This document shows, piece after piece, positions 1-8,956 of a stretch of 64,000 bases of DNA; position 1 is the stretch's first letter; the number at the start of each line of letters is the position of its first letter. The position numbers were made by a program, and so were the translations under genes. The notes under the pieces are model-generated. The model did no database searches. It had not been told where the DNA came from and saw only the letters and a program-made list of their open reading frames with translations. The stretch covers positions 1-64,000 of IMG/VR virus record IMGVR_UViG_3300025138_000014; one strand, written 5' to 3'. This stretch comes from a virus.

Positions 1-49
1 TGCAAACAGTCTATTCTTATTCCTTGTTTAGGATTAGAGAAATGAGTAT

Positions 50-123
50 GTCGGTGAAGTGTTATGGTAGCACGTCAGTCTCCAAAACTGAAAGCCGGGG
101 TTCAACTCCCCGCACCGATGCCA
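50..123 (+). tRNA. trnW: tRNA-Trp (anticodon CCA) with encoded 3' CCA
   Basis: Full cloverleaf: acceptor GTCGGTG(50-56)/CACCGAT(113-119), D stem GTGT/GCAC, anticodon stem TCAGT/ACTGA with loop CTCCAAA, T stem CGGGG/CCCCG with loop TTCAACT, discriminator G + CCA (121-123). Confidence 0.93.
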
Positions 124-125
124 AA

Positions 126-257
126 ATGAATAAAGAAGAACTTGATACAATACGAACTGCATACATTAGATTATATGGAGATCGTTGGAGACAACAGTTT
201 GCAAAGTATTATTGGTGTGTTTATGATGGGGCCGATGCCAAAATTAAATTAAATTAA
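126..257 (+). CDS. small hypothetical protein (43 aa, MNKEELDTIRTAYIRLYGDRW...)
   Basis: 3' part of track ORF 24..257; ATG at 126 lies just after the tRNA; no recognisable motif. Confidence 0.35.
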   Translation: MNKEELDTIRTAYIRLYGDRWRQQFAKYYWCVYDGADAKIKLN

Positions 258-269
258 TTGAATAAAGGG

Positions 270-299
270 GTTTACACTACCGACACTATAGTATAGAAT
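270..299 (+). promoter_or_regulatory. T4-type early / sigma70 promoter
   Basis: GTTTACA (270-276), 17-bp spacer, TAGAAT (294-299), AT-rich upstream; precedes ORF at 333. Confidence 0.7.
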
Positions 300-332
300 G
301 TTTATATCAGATAGAGAAAAGAGAGAGTAAAC

Positions 333-683
333 ATGAAAAGAGATCGTAGAACAAATACTTATACCGGCTACACTCAAGAAGCAGTAGTTGCTAAGTTTCA
401 AGATGCATACTCAGTCGGACATGTAGTTCGCTGGTTTTCAAATGCTCAAGTTCCTAACCCAGACATGATTGCAGACTGGTATGAAAATGATCTTATCTCT
501 CAAGAAGAACAAGTTTATTCTCTGACTATCCGAGATGAAGAGTTGTCTGCTTTTCTTAATGAATACATGGAAGCACAAGCTAATCGTAGCCCTGAACAAA
601 TCGCAGAAGAGCAAATGATGGCTAGAGATGCTTTTGGACCAGATGTAGCAGTTGTAAATGTAGTAACAGGAGAAACATTCTAA
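333..683 (+). CDS. hypothetical protein (116 aa, acidic)
   Basis: ORF with purine-rich RBS; stop overlaps next start (TAATG). Confidence 0.75.
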   Translation: MKRDRRTNTYTGYTQEAVVAKFQDAYSVGHVVRWFSNAQVPNPDMIADWYENDLISQEEQVYSLTIRDEELSAFLNEYMEAQANRSPEQIAEEQMMARDAFGPDVAVVNVVTGETF

Positions 684-1780
684 TGGCTAAAAAAATTAAA
701 AAGACTTTCGCCCGTCAACGTAAAACTGGTATCGGAGCTGCTCCTACAGACAGCTTTCATAAGTTCAATGATTATATCCGTATGGAAGTAGATAAGAAAG
801 AAATCGCTCAAGTCGTAAAAGCCTGGATTAAAGAAACCCAGACTAAAGAGGATCAGAAAACTATCTTTAGTGGCCCAGCTTGGATGTTTGAGAATGCACC
901 ACATATTGTTACTAATATTGTATGGGCTAAACTCGGCTTTGATTATCCTTCTAATTGGAATTCAGAGAAAGCATATGCTCGGTATATTAGTGAAGCAAAG
1001 CGTTGGGGTCTTATTAAGATAGAAGAACGTGGTGCACAAGATGATGTACCAGTTGCCAGTAGAACCCCTTCGGAAATCGCAGCAGAGAAATGTTCTGATT
1101 TCATTGCGGGCATTGAGGCTGAAGTAGATAACTGGAAAAACAGTGAAGCGTGTATCTATAGTAATCTGCAGAGTGCGGGTTCCCCAGTATCTACAGCACA
1201 CAAGATAGTGGCTTACTATAAGCCCCAGTGTGCAGAAATAGAAGAACTGATCAACGATAAGCCCGAGGATCTAGTAGAAGCATATGCTCATATGAGTAGA
1301 CCCGAGCAGAAGAAGTATGGTAAATTTCTCCAGTCAATTATAGACGCAGCCGATCGGTATCTGTCTAGTAAGAAAGCCACTCGGAAACCGCGGACCCCTG
1401 TAGTTAAGAGTGCTTTAAAGCAGACTGGCAAAGTACAGTATGAAGTTGAGAATAAGGAATTTCAGCTTACTTCTATTAACCCTATGCTGATCCCTGGTTC
1501 TTCCCGACTGCTTGTTTTCAATACTAAATATAAATTCGTTGCAGAGTATGTCTCTCACAGACCAAATGGTTTTGAGATTAAGGGTACTACTTTGCAGGGT
1601 TATGATGTAGAGCAATCTAGGGCTACAGCTCTCAGAAAGCCAACTGAATTCCTCAAGTCTTGTCTCAAGAAAACTGTAAAGCAGATAGACAAAGACTGGA
1701 GTGATCTAACTACAAAGAGCAGTGTGCCTAACGGTAGACTAAATAAAAACACAATCTTATTAAGAGTTATGGATAAATAA
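683..1780 (+). CDS. hypothetical protein (365 aa, basic)
   Basis: Long ORF translationally coupled to neighbours; no motif recognised. Confidence 0.8.
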   Translation: MAKKIKKTFARQRKTGIGAAPTDSFHKFNDYIRMEVDKKEIAQVVKAWIKETQTKEDQKTIFSGPAWMFENAPHIVTNIVWAKLGFDYPSNWNSEKAYARYISEAKRWGLIKIEERGAQDDVPVASRTPSEIAAEKCSDFIAGIEAEVDNWKNSEACIYSNLQSAGSPVSTAHKIVAYYKPQCAEIEELINDKPEDLVEAYAHMSRPEQKKYGKFLQSIIDAADRYLSSKKATRKPRTPVVKSALKQTGKVQYEVENKEFQLTSINPMLIPGSSRLLVFNTKYKFVAEYVSHRPNGFEIKGTTLQGYDVEQSRATALRKPTEFLKSCLKKTVKQIDKDWSDLTTKSSVPNGRLNKNTILLRVMDK

Positions 1781-2010
1781 TGGTAGAAAAAGATTTTCTG
1801 TCAAAGGCCAAATTCTCTAAAATGGTAGAGAAGGAAGCCTTTGCAAAAAATATGAGTTACATGGATTCGATATTGTACAACTGTGAAAAGAATAATATTG
1901 AACCTGAGGACTCAAAGAAATTTCTCTCGAGTGTCATTCAAGAGAAACTTGAAGCAGAGGCGATGAATTTAAATTATATTCCTCGACAAAATACTTTGCC
2001 CTTTGACTGA
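1780..2010 (+). CDS. gp33: late transcription coactivator gp33
   Basis: 76 aa, 'FSKMVE...MSYMDSILYNCEKNNIEPE...IQEKLEAEAMNLNYI...LPF' matches T4-like gp33 pattern; next to gp32. Confidence 0.85.
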   Translation: MVEKDFLSKAKFSKMVEKEAFAKNMSYMDSILYNCEKNNIEPEDSKKFLSSVIQEKLEAEAMNLNYIPRQNTLPFD

Positions 2011-2017
2011 TTTACTC

Positions 2018-2046
2018 TTTACAAATCGGTCAAATTATATTATAAT
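2018..2046 (+). promoter_or_regulatory. sigma70-type/early promoter for gp32
   Basis: TTTACA (2018-2023), 17-bp spacer, TATAAT (2041-2046); RBS AAGGA before ATG 2097. Confidence 0.7.
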
Positions 2047-2096
2047 ATACTACAGCTTATACAAAAACATATTACAGCAAATAAGGAAACATATAA

Positions 2097-2993
2097 ATGT
2101 CTTTTGCAAAACTAAAAACTAACCGAGATCAAATCTCTAAACTTATTCAGGCAGCAGAATCTGCTGGTGGTTCTGGAGAGAAGAAATCATATGGCGATGA
2201 TCGTCTATGGAAACCGACAGTAGATAAAGCAGGTAACGGGTATGCCGTTCTACGCTTTCTTCCAGCTACAGAAGGTTCTGAACTTCCATGGGTACGGTAC
2301 TGGGACCACGGATTTAAAGGACCAACTGGTCAGTGGTACATCGAGAAATCATTAACATCCATCGGCGGACAAGACCCTGTTGGTGAACTTAACTCTAAAC
2401 TATGGAACTCTGGTAACGATAAAGACAAAGAGACTGCCCGTAACCAGAAGCGTCGACTACACTATGTAGTAAATGCTTATATCGTATCTGATCCGAGTAA
2501 CCCTTCTCACGAAGGTAAAGTAATGCTTTATCAGTTCGGTAAGAAAATCTTTGACAAGATTATGGATCAAATGCAACCACAGTTTGCAGATGAAGAAGCC
2601 GTAAACCCATTTGATATGTGGGAAGGTTCGGACTTTAAACTCAAGATCCGCCAAGTAGAAGGTTATCGTAACTATGATAAGTCAGAATTTGCGAGCCAGA
2701 AGCCTTTGTCAGAATCAGATGAAACCCTAGAGAAAATATATGATAAGATGTATGACTTGACAGAGTTTACTGATGCCAAGAACTATAAGACGTATGAGGA
2801 ACTACAGACTAAATTGAATAGTGTTCTTCTGCTCAATACACCAAGTACATCAACAGCTGCTTATGTAGCACTAGATGAACCAGCCGAACCAGCTTTGGCT
2901 ATGGCAGCTCCAGTAACTGCAGAACAAATCTCAGAGACTGAAGACCCCGATGACACTATGAGTTATTTTGCGAAGCTAGCCGCTGACGAATAA
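2097..2993 (+). CDS. gp32: single-stranded DNA-binding protein gp32
   Basis: 'DDRLWKP..DKAGNGYAVLRFLP', 'HGFKGPTGQWYIE', 'FGKKIFDKI', 'NYDKSEF', acidic C-terminal tail. Confidence 0.95.
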   Translation: MSFAKLKTNRDQISKLIQAAESAGGSGEKKSYGDDRLWKPTVDKAGNGYAVLRFLPATEGSELPWVRYWDHGFKGPTGQWYIEKSLTSIGGQDPVGELNSKLWNSGNDKDKETARNQKRRLHYVVNAYIVSDPSNPSHEGKVMLYQFGKKIFDKIMDQMQPQFADEEAVNPFDMWEGSDFKLKIRQVEGYRNYDKSEFASQKPLSESDETLEKIYDKMYDLTEFTDAKNYKTYEELQTKLNSVLLLNTPSTSTAAYVALDEPAEPALAMAAPVTAEQISETEDPDDTMSYFAKLAADE

Positions 2994-3005
2994 ACTTATA
3001 TAAAG

Positions 3006-3035
3006 AATGAGGGGCATTAATTAGCCCCTCATTTT
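3006..3035. terminator. bidirectional rho-independent terminator between convergent genes
   Basis: AATGAGGGGC (3006-3015) / GCCCCTCATT (3024-3033) perfect stem with T/A runs on either side. Confidence 0.8.
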
Positions 3036-5040
3036 ATCCACCAAGACCTCTAGCCATATCGCCAGGCCACTGTGTAATACCATTTTTAAATACTCCACCT
3101 TGACCAGGGTAACCTTGATAGCCTCTAAATGCAGTAGACATACGTGAATTATTTAACACACTATTGTCTACCTGACTTGAAGAGTTGTCGGTATTAACTA
3201 TGTTTATTACAGGCGCCTGGCCGTTCATATTACCACCCATTAAATCTTCAGAAAGAGCGGCGGTCCGCCTAGCAATCATCATATCATTATCAGCTTTTCT
3301 CATTGCAGACATACCACGCATGCCGTTTAGTGCAGGATTTAATTTTCTTGATATTGAACCATCCTGCATTGCTTTAATACCATCAATGATCATGCTCTTA
3401 TCTTTATTCAATTCAAACTTTCGGTTTGATTCAAGCATATGCTCTTCCAAAGAATCGCCTATTCCCTTAGGTTCACTATTATCTCCAACGCCTGCCTTTG
3501 CAGGATTAAAGAATGATATGTTATTCTTTACCCAGTCTGGTAATATTCCAGCAAGTTTACTTTGTATGGTTGAAGATAACCCTTCCCAAGATGGAATGAA
3601 ATCCATAAACCATCCATAGAAATCACTAACCCAATCAGTTAGCATTGTTCCTATAGAGAACTCTTTACCGTCTGGTGTAGTAGGAGTTAAACCAGCCCAT
3701 GTAAATATTCCTTTAATCGCTCTTATAGCCATGTTTATCGGCATTAAGAATATATCAATGATACCAGCTGCTTTACCTGCACCATCCGAACCAGTAAACG
3801 TAGCAATCTTTTCATTGAACCATGTAGTAATAGCCTTTTTAGGATCTTTAAAGAATGTTACAATTTTATCAACGGCACTTCCTACGAATAAGAATAAGCC
3901 TTTTGTGATACCAGCTATACTTTTGGCAAAGCTAAAGTTTCCTAATTTAGCAGCTACAGCATTAGCCCAGTTTCCACTTCCCTCTATATACTTACCGTCT
4001 TTATCATATTTTGCTCCTTCGGCACCAAATGCATTTTTAATAATCCAAGAAACACCTGCTTTAAGAAAGTCAAATGGTGCTCCAAAGAATGAGCCTAGAA
4101 AAGCACCAACGCCGTCACCTAGTTTACCCAGCTGAGTTTCTTCTTCACTACCCGACCATGCTTTCCAACCGTCAAAGATAGAGATTAAGAATCCGATTGG
4201 TTTAAGTATTGCACCAAACTTACCTAAAATCTTTAGTGCTCCACCTGCACCTGCACCACCTAGTGTTTTAAACCATGAGAATACATAGCCAAATGTTCCT
4301 TTAGTTAAGTCTGCAGCAGCGTCTGTAACTCTTATTAGAGGACTTAACAATGAAGTAATAGCAGCTTTAACATTAGTAACAACTAATGGCATTCCTTTAG
4401 CTGCTCTCATTACACCATCTGGACCTCTTACTGGTAATGCTTTTCCAGTTATAGGATCCAAACCTAGCATCTTATAGAAACCACCACTAAAACCTTTGAA
4501 CCATGTGTTCATTTTACTTGTTAGCTGTGCAGTAAGTGGAACAGCTAACCTTCTTTGACCAGGGGCTCCGCCTATACGTTCTCCAGCTGGTCCTAATCTT
4601 GGATCAAGTCCTAGCTTACGAAAAAACTGTGCTCTAATATTAATAAACTTTTGATTGAGTGCTTTAGACCAACCGCCGAATGAATCAAGACTTTTAAGTG
4701 CTTTCAGTTCCCATCCTCTAAGGCCCATTGTAGCCGCAGTGATAGCAGCGAGACCTGCTGTAATAGTTCCGAGTCCAGCTGCTAAACCACCGAAACCTGC
4801 CATAGTGGCGAGACCGCCCATGCCGCCCGAACCATTTCTTGAACTACTATAACTCTGACCAGCTGCTCGGTTTGTACGACTTGCTTCTCGCGCATTCTCA
4901 GCTGCGTCAAGACGCCCACGTTCTATACTCTTAATAAACTTATTAAGTGCATCAGTGGTTTTTCTTTGGTCCTGATTACCCTCTTCCAACTTCTTAACTA
5001 CATCATTAAGTGTTAGAACTGCTCTTGTTCTGGATGCCAT
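3034..5040 (-). CDS. probable tail tape-measure / baseplate hub protein (gp29-like)
   Basis: 668 aa, G/A-rich amphipathic helical character with periodic W/F, C-terminal 'APVINIVNTDNSS'; directly downstream of gp26/51 chaperone locus; RBS AAGGA. Confidence 0.6.
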   Translation of the reverse strand: MASRTRAVLTLNDVVKKLEEGNQDQRKTTDALNKFIKSIERGRLDAAENAREASRTNRAAGQSYSSSRNGSGGMGGLATMAGFGGLAAGLGTITAGLAAITAATMGLRGWELKALKSLDSFGGWSKALNQKFINIRAQFFRKLGLDPRLGPAGERIGGAPGQRRLAVPLTAQLTSKMNTWFKGFSGGFYKMLGLDPITGKALPVRGPDGVMRAAKGMPLVVTNVKAAITSLLSPLIRVTDAAADLTKGTFGYVFSWFKTLGGAGAGGALKILGKFGAILKPIGFLISIFDGWKAWSGSEEETQLGKLGDGVGAFLGSFFGAPFDFLKAGVSWIIKNAFGAEGAKYDKDGKYIEGSGNWANAVAAKLGNFSFAKSIAGITKGLFLFVGSAVDKIVTFFKDPKKAITTWFNEKIATFTGSDGAGKAAGIIDIFLMPINMAIRAIKGIFTWAGLTPTTPDGKEFSIGTMLTDWVSDFYGWFMDFIPSWEGLSSTIQSKLAGILPDWVKNNISFFNPAKAGVGDNSEPKGIGDSLEEHMLESNRKFELNKDKSMIIDGIKAMQDGSISRKLNPALNGMRGMSAMRKADNDMMIARRTAALSEDLMGGNMNGQAPVINIVNTDNSSSQVDNSVLNNSRMSTAFRGYQGYPGQGGVFKNGITQWPGDMARGLGG

Positions 5041-5057
5041 TTAGTTTCCTTATCAGT

Positions 5058-5252
5058 TTAACGGTTTCTAGCCGCCTGCTGCTCTTCTTGTAATTTCTTT
5101 TCCTTCAAGTGTTCAATTAAGAAAGTCATATATACTTCTTTCTCCCATGGTATAAGTCCGTCTATCTCAGTCAATGAATAATTATAATGATGTATTAAAG
5201 AAAAGTTTGTTTCATAATAATTTGATATATTGTTATGAGATAGACTTATTAG
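5058..5252 (-). CDS. gp51: gp51-like C-terminal frame of baseplate hub/tail assembly chaperone (not in ORF track; probably reached by -1 frameshift)
   Basis: Open -1 frame LISLSHNNISNYYETNFSLIHHYNYSLTEIDGLIPWEKEVYMTFLIEHLKEKKLQEEQQAARNR*; 'NYY.TNF.L..H..YSL.E...L.PWE' is the gp51-type motif; no ATG before the motif. Confidence 0.75.
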   Translation of the reverse strand, partial: LISLSHNNISNYYETNFSLIHHYNYSLTEIDGLIPWEKEVYMTFLIEHLKEKKLQEEQQAARNR

Positions 5253-5974
5253 AAAAAATTTTGCATACCCTCCAGTGTATGCTCATTCTTATGGCCACAA
5301 CTCTGGCACTCAAACTCTGCTTTATAAGTCATCTTTGGCATCTGTTCAACCCATTCTTGAATCTTTATAAACTGTGTGTTATTCATTGATTCAATAAATG
5401 CATTAATAGTTTCTACCGACTCGTGTTGAAATTCAATTCTTTCTTCATCAGTAATCAAAGTTTTTAATGAACTTCTAATAAGACCGAAAGCCTGTTCAGT
5501 AGAACTCTCCTCACCAACATCTTTCATAACTTGCATGACTTTAGTAAATGTAGGATATTCCATTTCAATAGAAATATTTTCATTTAATTTTATAGTCTTT
5601 TCATTATTATCCGTTTTTACATTATCAACCACAATAGTATCAAGAGGTATATTGTATTCAGTGGCATGCTTACAATCATTTGAGTTGCAAGATATATTTA
5701 CCTTTGCTGTTTCCCCTACTGACTTTGCTCTCAGTTGAGTAAAGAGATATTCAATATCAAAAGTTGCAAGTGACTGAACATTTAAATCATCTTGAACGCA
5801 CGCTTCGATAGTATCAATAACAGAGTTAAGAATTAATGCTGGGTCATTCGTTTCAATTGCCAACATCAATACCTTTTCTTCTTTAACTAGGAAAGGCCTA
5901 AACTTAATCGCTTTCCCTGTTGATGGTACTGTTAGTTCATATCTTGGTGAGTCATTTAGTTTTGGTAGTGCCAT
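5249..5974 (-). CDS. gp26: baseplate hub assembly protein gp26-like
   Basis: 'MALPKL..PRYELTVPSTGK.IKFRPFLVKEEK.L', 'FDIEYLF.QLRAKSVGE', CxxC near the end, ends 'EGMQNFF'. Confidence 0.85.
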   Translation of the reverse strand: MALPKLNDSPRYELTVPSTGKAIKFRPFLVKEEKVLMLAIETNDPALILNSVIDTIEACVQDDLNVQSLATFDIEYLFTQLRAKSVGETAKVNISCNSNDCKHATEYNIPLDTIVVDNVKTDNNEKTIKLNENISIEMEYPTFTKVMQVMKDVGEESSTEQAFGLIRSSLKTLITDEERIEFQHESVETINAFIESMNNTQFIKIQEWVEQMPKMTYKAEFECQSCGHKNEHTLEGMQNFF

Positions 5975-5992
5975 AATTTACTCCACTTAGTG

Positions 5993-6733
5993 TTAAAATA
6001 ATCTGCTAGCTATTCCACCGATGGCTGCAGATAATAATGTATCTTTAATAGAACTTGACCCATCATTAGGAAAAGAACTTGTCCAGTGATCATAAGAAAA
6101 CTGTATGTTTAATTGTTGCTGGCCTTCACCAGTATTACTTAGCTGTATTGGATTCATAGTTGTCGGGAATGCATTATGTAAAGTACATTCGTAAACAATT
6201 TTATCTTTAGCCATAAAATTTAAATCTAACTCGCCTTGAGCAAAGTCAAATGGTCCGATTTTTGGTAATCTATTCTGTATCTCTGATGGTAATTTAGGTA
6301 CAGGAAATGCCTTCTTATATACTGGGATGCCTATACCTTTTTTCAGTTGTCTTATCTTTACTTGTCTTGCGTATCCATCGTTTCCACTCGTACCCTTTTT
6401 AAACATAACCTCATGAGTTATATCATCTCTCACTGTTGCTCTCATCCAATTTTCAAAGTATTTTTTTATCTGATAGTTATTAAGATTTAAAAATGTCGCT
6501 GATACATCTTCTTGCATATAACCATAAGCAACCTTTTTTGTTCTTAAACCTTCTTGCCTAATCTGTGTTGTAATCTGTTGGCCAGGTAATTGTATATCGG
6601 TACAAAGCATATCTAATTCTCTACCTCTGGCTGATGAGCCAAATCCTTCAGGTAATGTTACCCAATATAAATTGCTTTGTGCAAGTCCGCCACCTTTTGA
6701 CACTTGCGCTTTAAAGTCATCTATGCTAAACAT
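5993..6733 (-). CDS. tail tube initiator / tube-like protein (gp54-like)
   Basis: Likely start ATG 6733 (MFSIDDFKAQ), coupled to gp2 stop; tube-fold-like motifs 'LCTDIQLPG', 'YFENWM', 'LHNAFPTTM.PIQLS', 'IQFSYDHW'. Confidence 0.65.
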   Translation of the reverse strand: MFSIDDFKAQVSKGGGLAQSNLYWVTLPEGFGSSARGRELDMLCTDIQLPGQQITTQIRQEGLRTKKVAYGYMQEDVSATFLNLNNYQIKKYFENWMRATVRDDITHEVMFKKGTSGNDGYARQVKIRQLKKGIGIPVYKKAFPVPKLPSEIQNRLPKIGPFDFAQGELDLNFMAKDKIVYECTLHNAFPTTMNPIQLSNTGEGQQQLNIQFSYDHWTSSFPNDGSSSIKDTLLSAAIGGIASRLF

Positions 6734-7317
6734 TAGATCATGCCTCTTGATTGTTTGTAAACGTAACCAGCTTTTTGTTTTTTCCACTGAGCAGTCGGAA
6801 GAAATGTAGCAATCTCCCAATCGTTGGCGGGTACTTTAGCAAAGCGTGACTTTACGTGTGGTGTTAAATAATGTTTGAAGCACGGAGCAAATAGTCTAAA
6901 CTTTGATGAACTCTTGATTAAGTCATAGCTCAATTTTAACCTAGTTGTATCGTTGTACTTATCGTTTGATTTTATTTCCAGAAGTTGATTTAAAAACTGT
7001 GCTCTCAGTATTGGTGGTAGGTAATGTAAGTTAAGACCATAGAATCCGCCTTTGGCCTTTTCAACCATAAAGATTAGAGGAAACGCATCATAGTACGGGA
7101 GTTTCTCTTTATGCTTTGGATCATAAAAGAACATATACATATGACCGACATAAGATCGGCCCTTTGTCTGTATATTATCCTCTTTCATTAATGCTGCCGG
7201 ATTAACTCTTGTCAACTTTTGCGCCTGCTTGCGAAACCACTCCCTGGACTCTGGTGTCCTAGGATTGATACCTGCTTTAAATGCAGCTGTGTTTATCTTT
7301 TTAAATATTTGGCTCAT
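6733..7317 (-). CDS. gp2: DNA end protector protein gp2
   Basis: 'MYMFFYDPKHKEKLPYYDAFPLIF', 'GLNLHYLPP..R', 'FKHYL..HVKS', 'WEIA.FLPT'. Confidence 0.9.
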   Translation of the reverse strand: MSQIFKKINTAAFKAGINPRTPESREWFRKQAQKLTRVNPAALMKEDNIQTKGRSYVGHMYMFFYDPKHKEKLPYYDAFPLIFMVEKAKGGFYGLNLHYLPPILRAQFLNQLLEIKSNDKYNDTTRLKLSYDLIKSSSKFRLFAPCFKHYLTPHVKSRFAKVPANDWEIATFLPTAQWKKQKAGYVYKQSRGMI

Positions 7318-7322
7318 AATTC

Positions 7323-7330
7323 TATTTATA
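7323..7330 (-). promoter_or_regulatory. T4 late promoter TATAAATA
   Basis: TATTTATA on + strand, just upstream of gp2 start (7317). Confidence 0.7.
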
Positions 7331-7813
7331 TCACTTGCTAGATTTTTTTCTGGAATAAGGCTTCAAAGGTTTTGTACTTTTTGGTTTTATACCCATATCA
7401 TGTAATGTGTGCTCTGTCCATATCTGAAAGTCCCAGTTTCTGTCTTTAGCAAACTTGTTAGCTGCTTCCCATTTGTTCATATTCTTCACATAAGTAAGAC
7501 CTTCTGATATATATTTTTTGGTTCTTTTTGCGCCTGTAGGTGGTCGAGTTTCTTTATCAGGTTTTATTTCAACTAGAATAGTCTTACCATCTTTAAATGT
7601 AATCTTTAGATCAATAAAATATCTATGGTATTTTTTATCCACTTCATAGAAATATGGAACAACTGTCTCTTCTGAAGACCAGCCTTTTATATCTTTGTTT
7701 AGATCACACCACTTGAAACAATGTCTTTCCCATAAAGAACGATATACAATCTTTGTATAATCACCTCTATATTTATTAACATTTTTAGGTTTAAATTTTC
7801 CAGAATAAGCCAT
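7331..7813 (-). CDS. gp4: head completion nuclease gp4
   Basis: 'MAYSGKFKPKN..KYRGD', 'YRSLWER', 'WSSEE', 'HRYFID', 'EIKP', 'N..KWEAA' (TnsA-like PD-(D/E)xK). Confidence 0.92.
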   Translation of the reverse strand: MAYSGKFKPKNVNKYRGDYTKIVYRSLWERHCFKWCDLNKDIKGWSSEETVVPYFYEVDKKYHRYFIDLKITFKDGKTILVEIKPDKETRPPTGAKRTKKYISEGLTYVKNMNKWEAANKFAKDRNWDFQIWTEHTLHDMGIKPKSTKPLKPYSRKKSSK

Positions 7814-7822
7814 TATATCTCT

Positions 7823-7830
7823 TATAAATA
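7823..7830 (+). promoter_or_regulatory. T4 late promoter TATAAATA
   Basis: Exact consensus in divergent intergenic gap upstream of 7865. Confidence 0.75.
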
Positions 7831-7864
7831 ATATTACTATTATATATTTAGAGGGATCATAAAC

Positions 7865-8956
7865 ATGAAACGAGGCGAAATTACTGAGGGCGTAGCTGTC
7901 TATTCCTTTCCTTCAGATATTGCACCTATGTGGGCTGAACCAGGTAGTAGAACAGAATATGATGATCCTAGTCAACGCTCGGTAACTGCACAACTTAGAA
8001 TCCGTCCTATTATGAATAAGTATCTTACTGCGGCAGATTTTGCTTCAGCTGGTGGGGCAATTAAAGGTAAGACTGATGGAAGTGCAAATGCTCGTGGAGT
8101 TTTTGATAATGCAGCAGCCATAGCCGATGATAAAGCAGATACAGAGGGCGGTGGTCAACAACACGGACCATCCATTGATTATGGGGTACAAACGGATTTA
8201 CAGACTATTAAAAGATCAAATGATAAAGCAGATGGTGATTGGCAAATAAACTTATATTTACCTCAAGGTATTCCTTTCAGAGGTGAAGTATCTTATCAAA
8301 GTATCGACCTTGGTGTACTTGGTGCTACTGCAGCAAATGCTATCGCAGCAGGTTCTAGTATAAAGGATACAGGTACTAAATTAATTAAAGAAGAAGGTGG
8401 TAGAATCATTGATTCTTTATTAGGTAGTTTAACAGGAGAAGCAGCTTCACTAGCAGCTTTAAGATTAGCAAATAAAGCTGGATCTGAAATCGGTGGAATT
8501 GTAGCATCAGCTACTGGTGTTCAAACTAATCCAAACTCAAGAACTCTTTTTCAATCTGTGCCAATAAGAGGTTTTACTTTTAACTTTAAAATGATTCCAG
8601 AAAGTGAAAGAGAGCATAAAACAATTGTAAAAATTATTCAACTGCTCAGAGAAGAAATGTATCCAGATGAAATCGGTATCGACGAACTAGCTGTTGGTTA
8701 TAGATTTCCTAATAGAGTTGAAGTTGAAATGTTACACGTCAATGATTCAAAGAGACCTGAAGCGGACGGACTTCTTGAAGACCCTCATGTAATTTATCAT
8801 AAACTATTACCATGTTATATCAGAGACTGTAGTGTTGTTTATAATAGTCAAGGAATGGGTTATCACCCAGGAGGCAAATTTACAGATGTGGATATGTCTA
8901 TAACCTTAATGGAGGAAAGACCTCTTAATAAATCAGATATTAAGGACAATTACTAA
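7865..8956 (+). CDS. gp48: baseplate tail-tube cap gp48-like
   Basis: 'INLYLP', 'NPN...LFQSV..RGFTFNFKMIPESE.E', 'YRFP', 'C.I.D.SV.Y', 'MSITLME'. Confidence 0.75.
   Translation: MKRGEITEGVAVYSFPSDIAPMWAEPGSRTEYDDPSQRSVTAQLRIRPIMNKYLTAADFASAGGAIKGKTDGSANARGVFDNAAAIADDKADTEGGGQQHGPSIDYGVQTDLQTIKRSNDKADGDWQINLYLPQGIPFRGEVSYQSIDLGVLGATAANAIAAGSSIKDTGTKLIKEEGGRIIDSLLGSLTGEAASLAALRLANKAGSEIGGIVASATGVQTNPNSRTLFQSVPIRGFTFNFKMIPESEREHKTIVKIIQLLREEMYPDEIGIDELAVGYRFPNRVEVEMLHVNDSKRPEADGLLEDPHVIYHKLLPCYIRDCSVVYNSQGMGYHPGGKFTDVDMSITLMEERPLNKSDIKDNY

Noticed and set aside
24-257. 77-aa ORF from the track
   Set aside because: Its 5' half runs through the tRNA-Trp (50-123); only the part from ATG 126 is plausible.
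683-1780. gp59 helicase loader, by T4 synteny with gp33/gp32
   Set aside because: Length and sequence show no gp59 features I recognise; left as hypothetical.
5174-5389. Plus-strand 71-aa ORF
   Set aside because: It is antisense to gp26 and to the motif-bearing gp51-like frame on the minus strand.
6734-6820. Track 5' extensions of ORFs 5993, 31391, 33417, 48857 and 52877
   Set aside because: They overlap upstream genes out of frame; downstream ATGs with coupling or an RBS (6733, 31421, 33555, 48896, 52952) are better starts.
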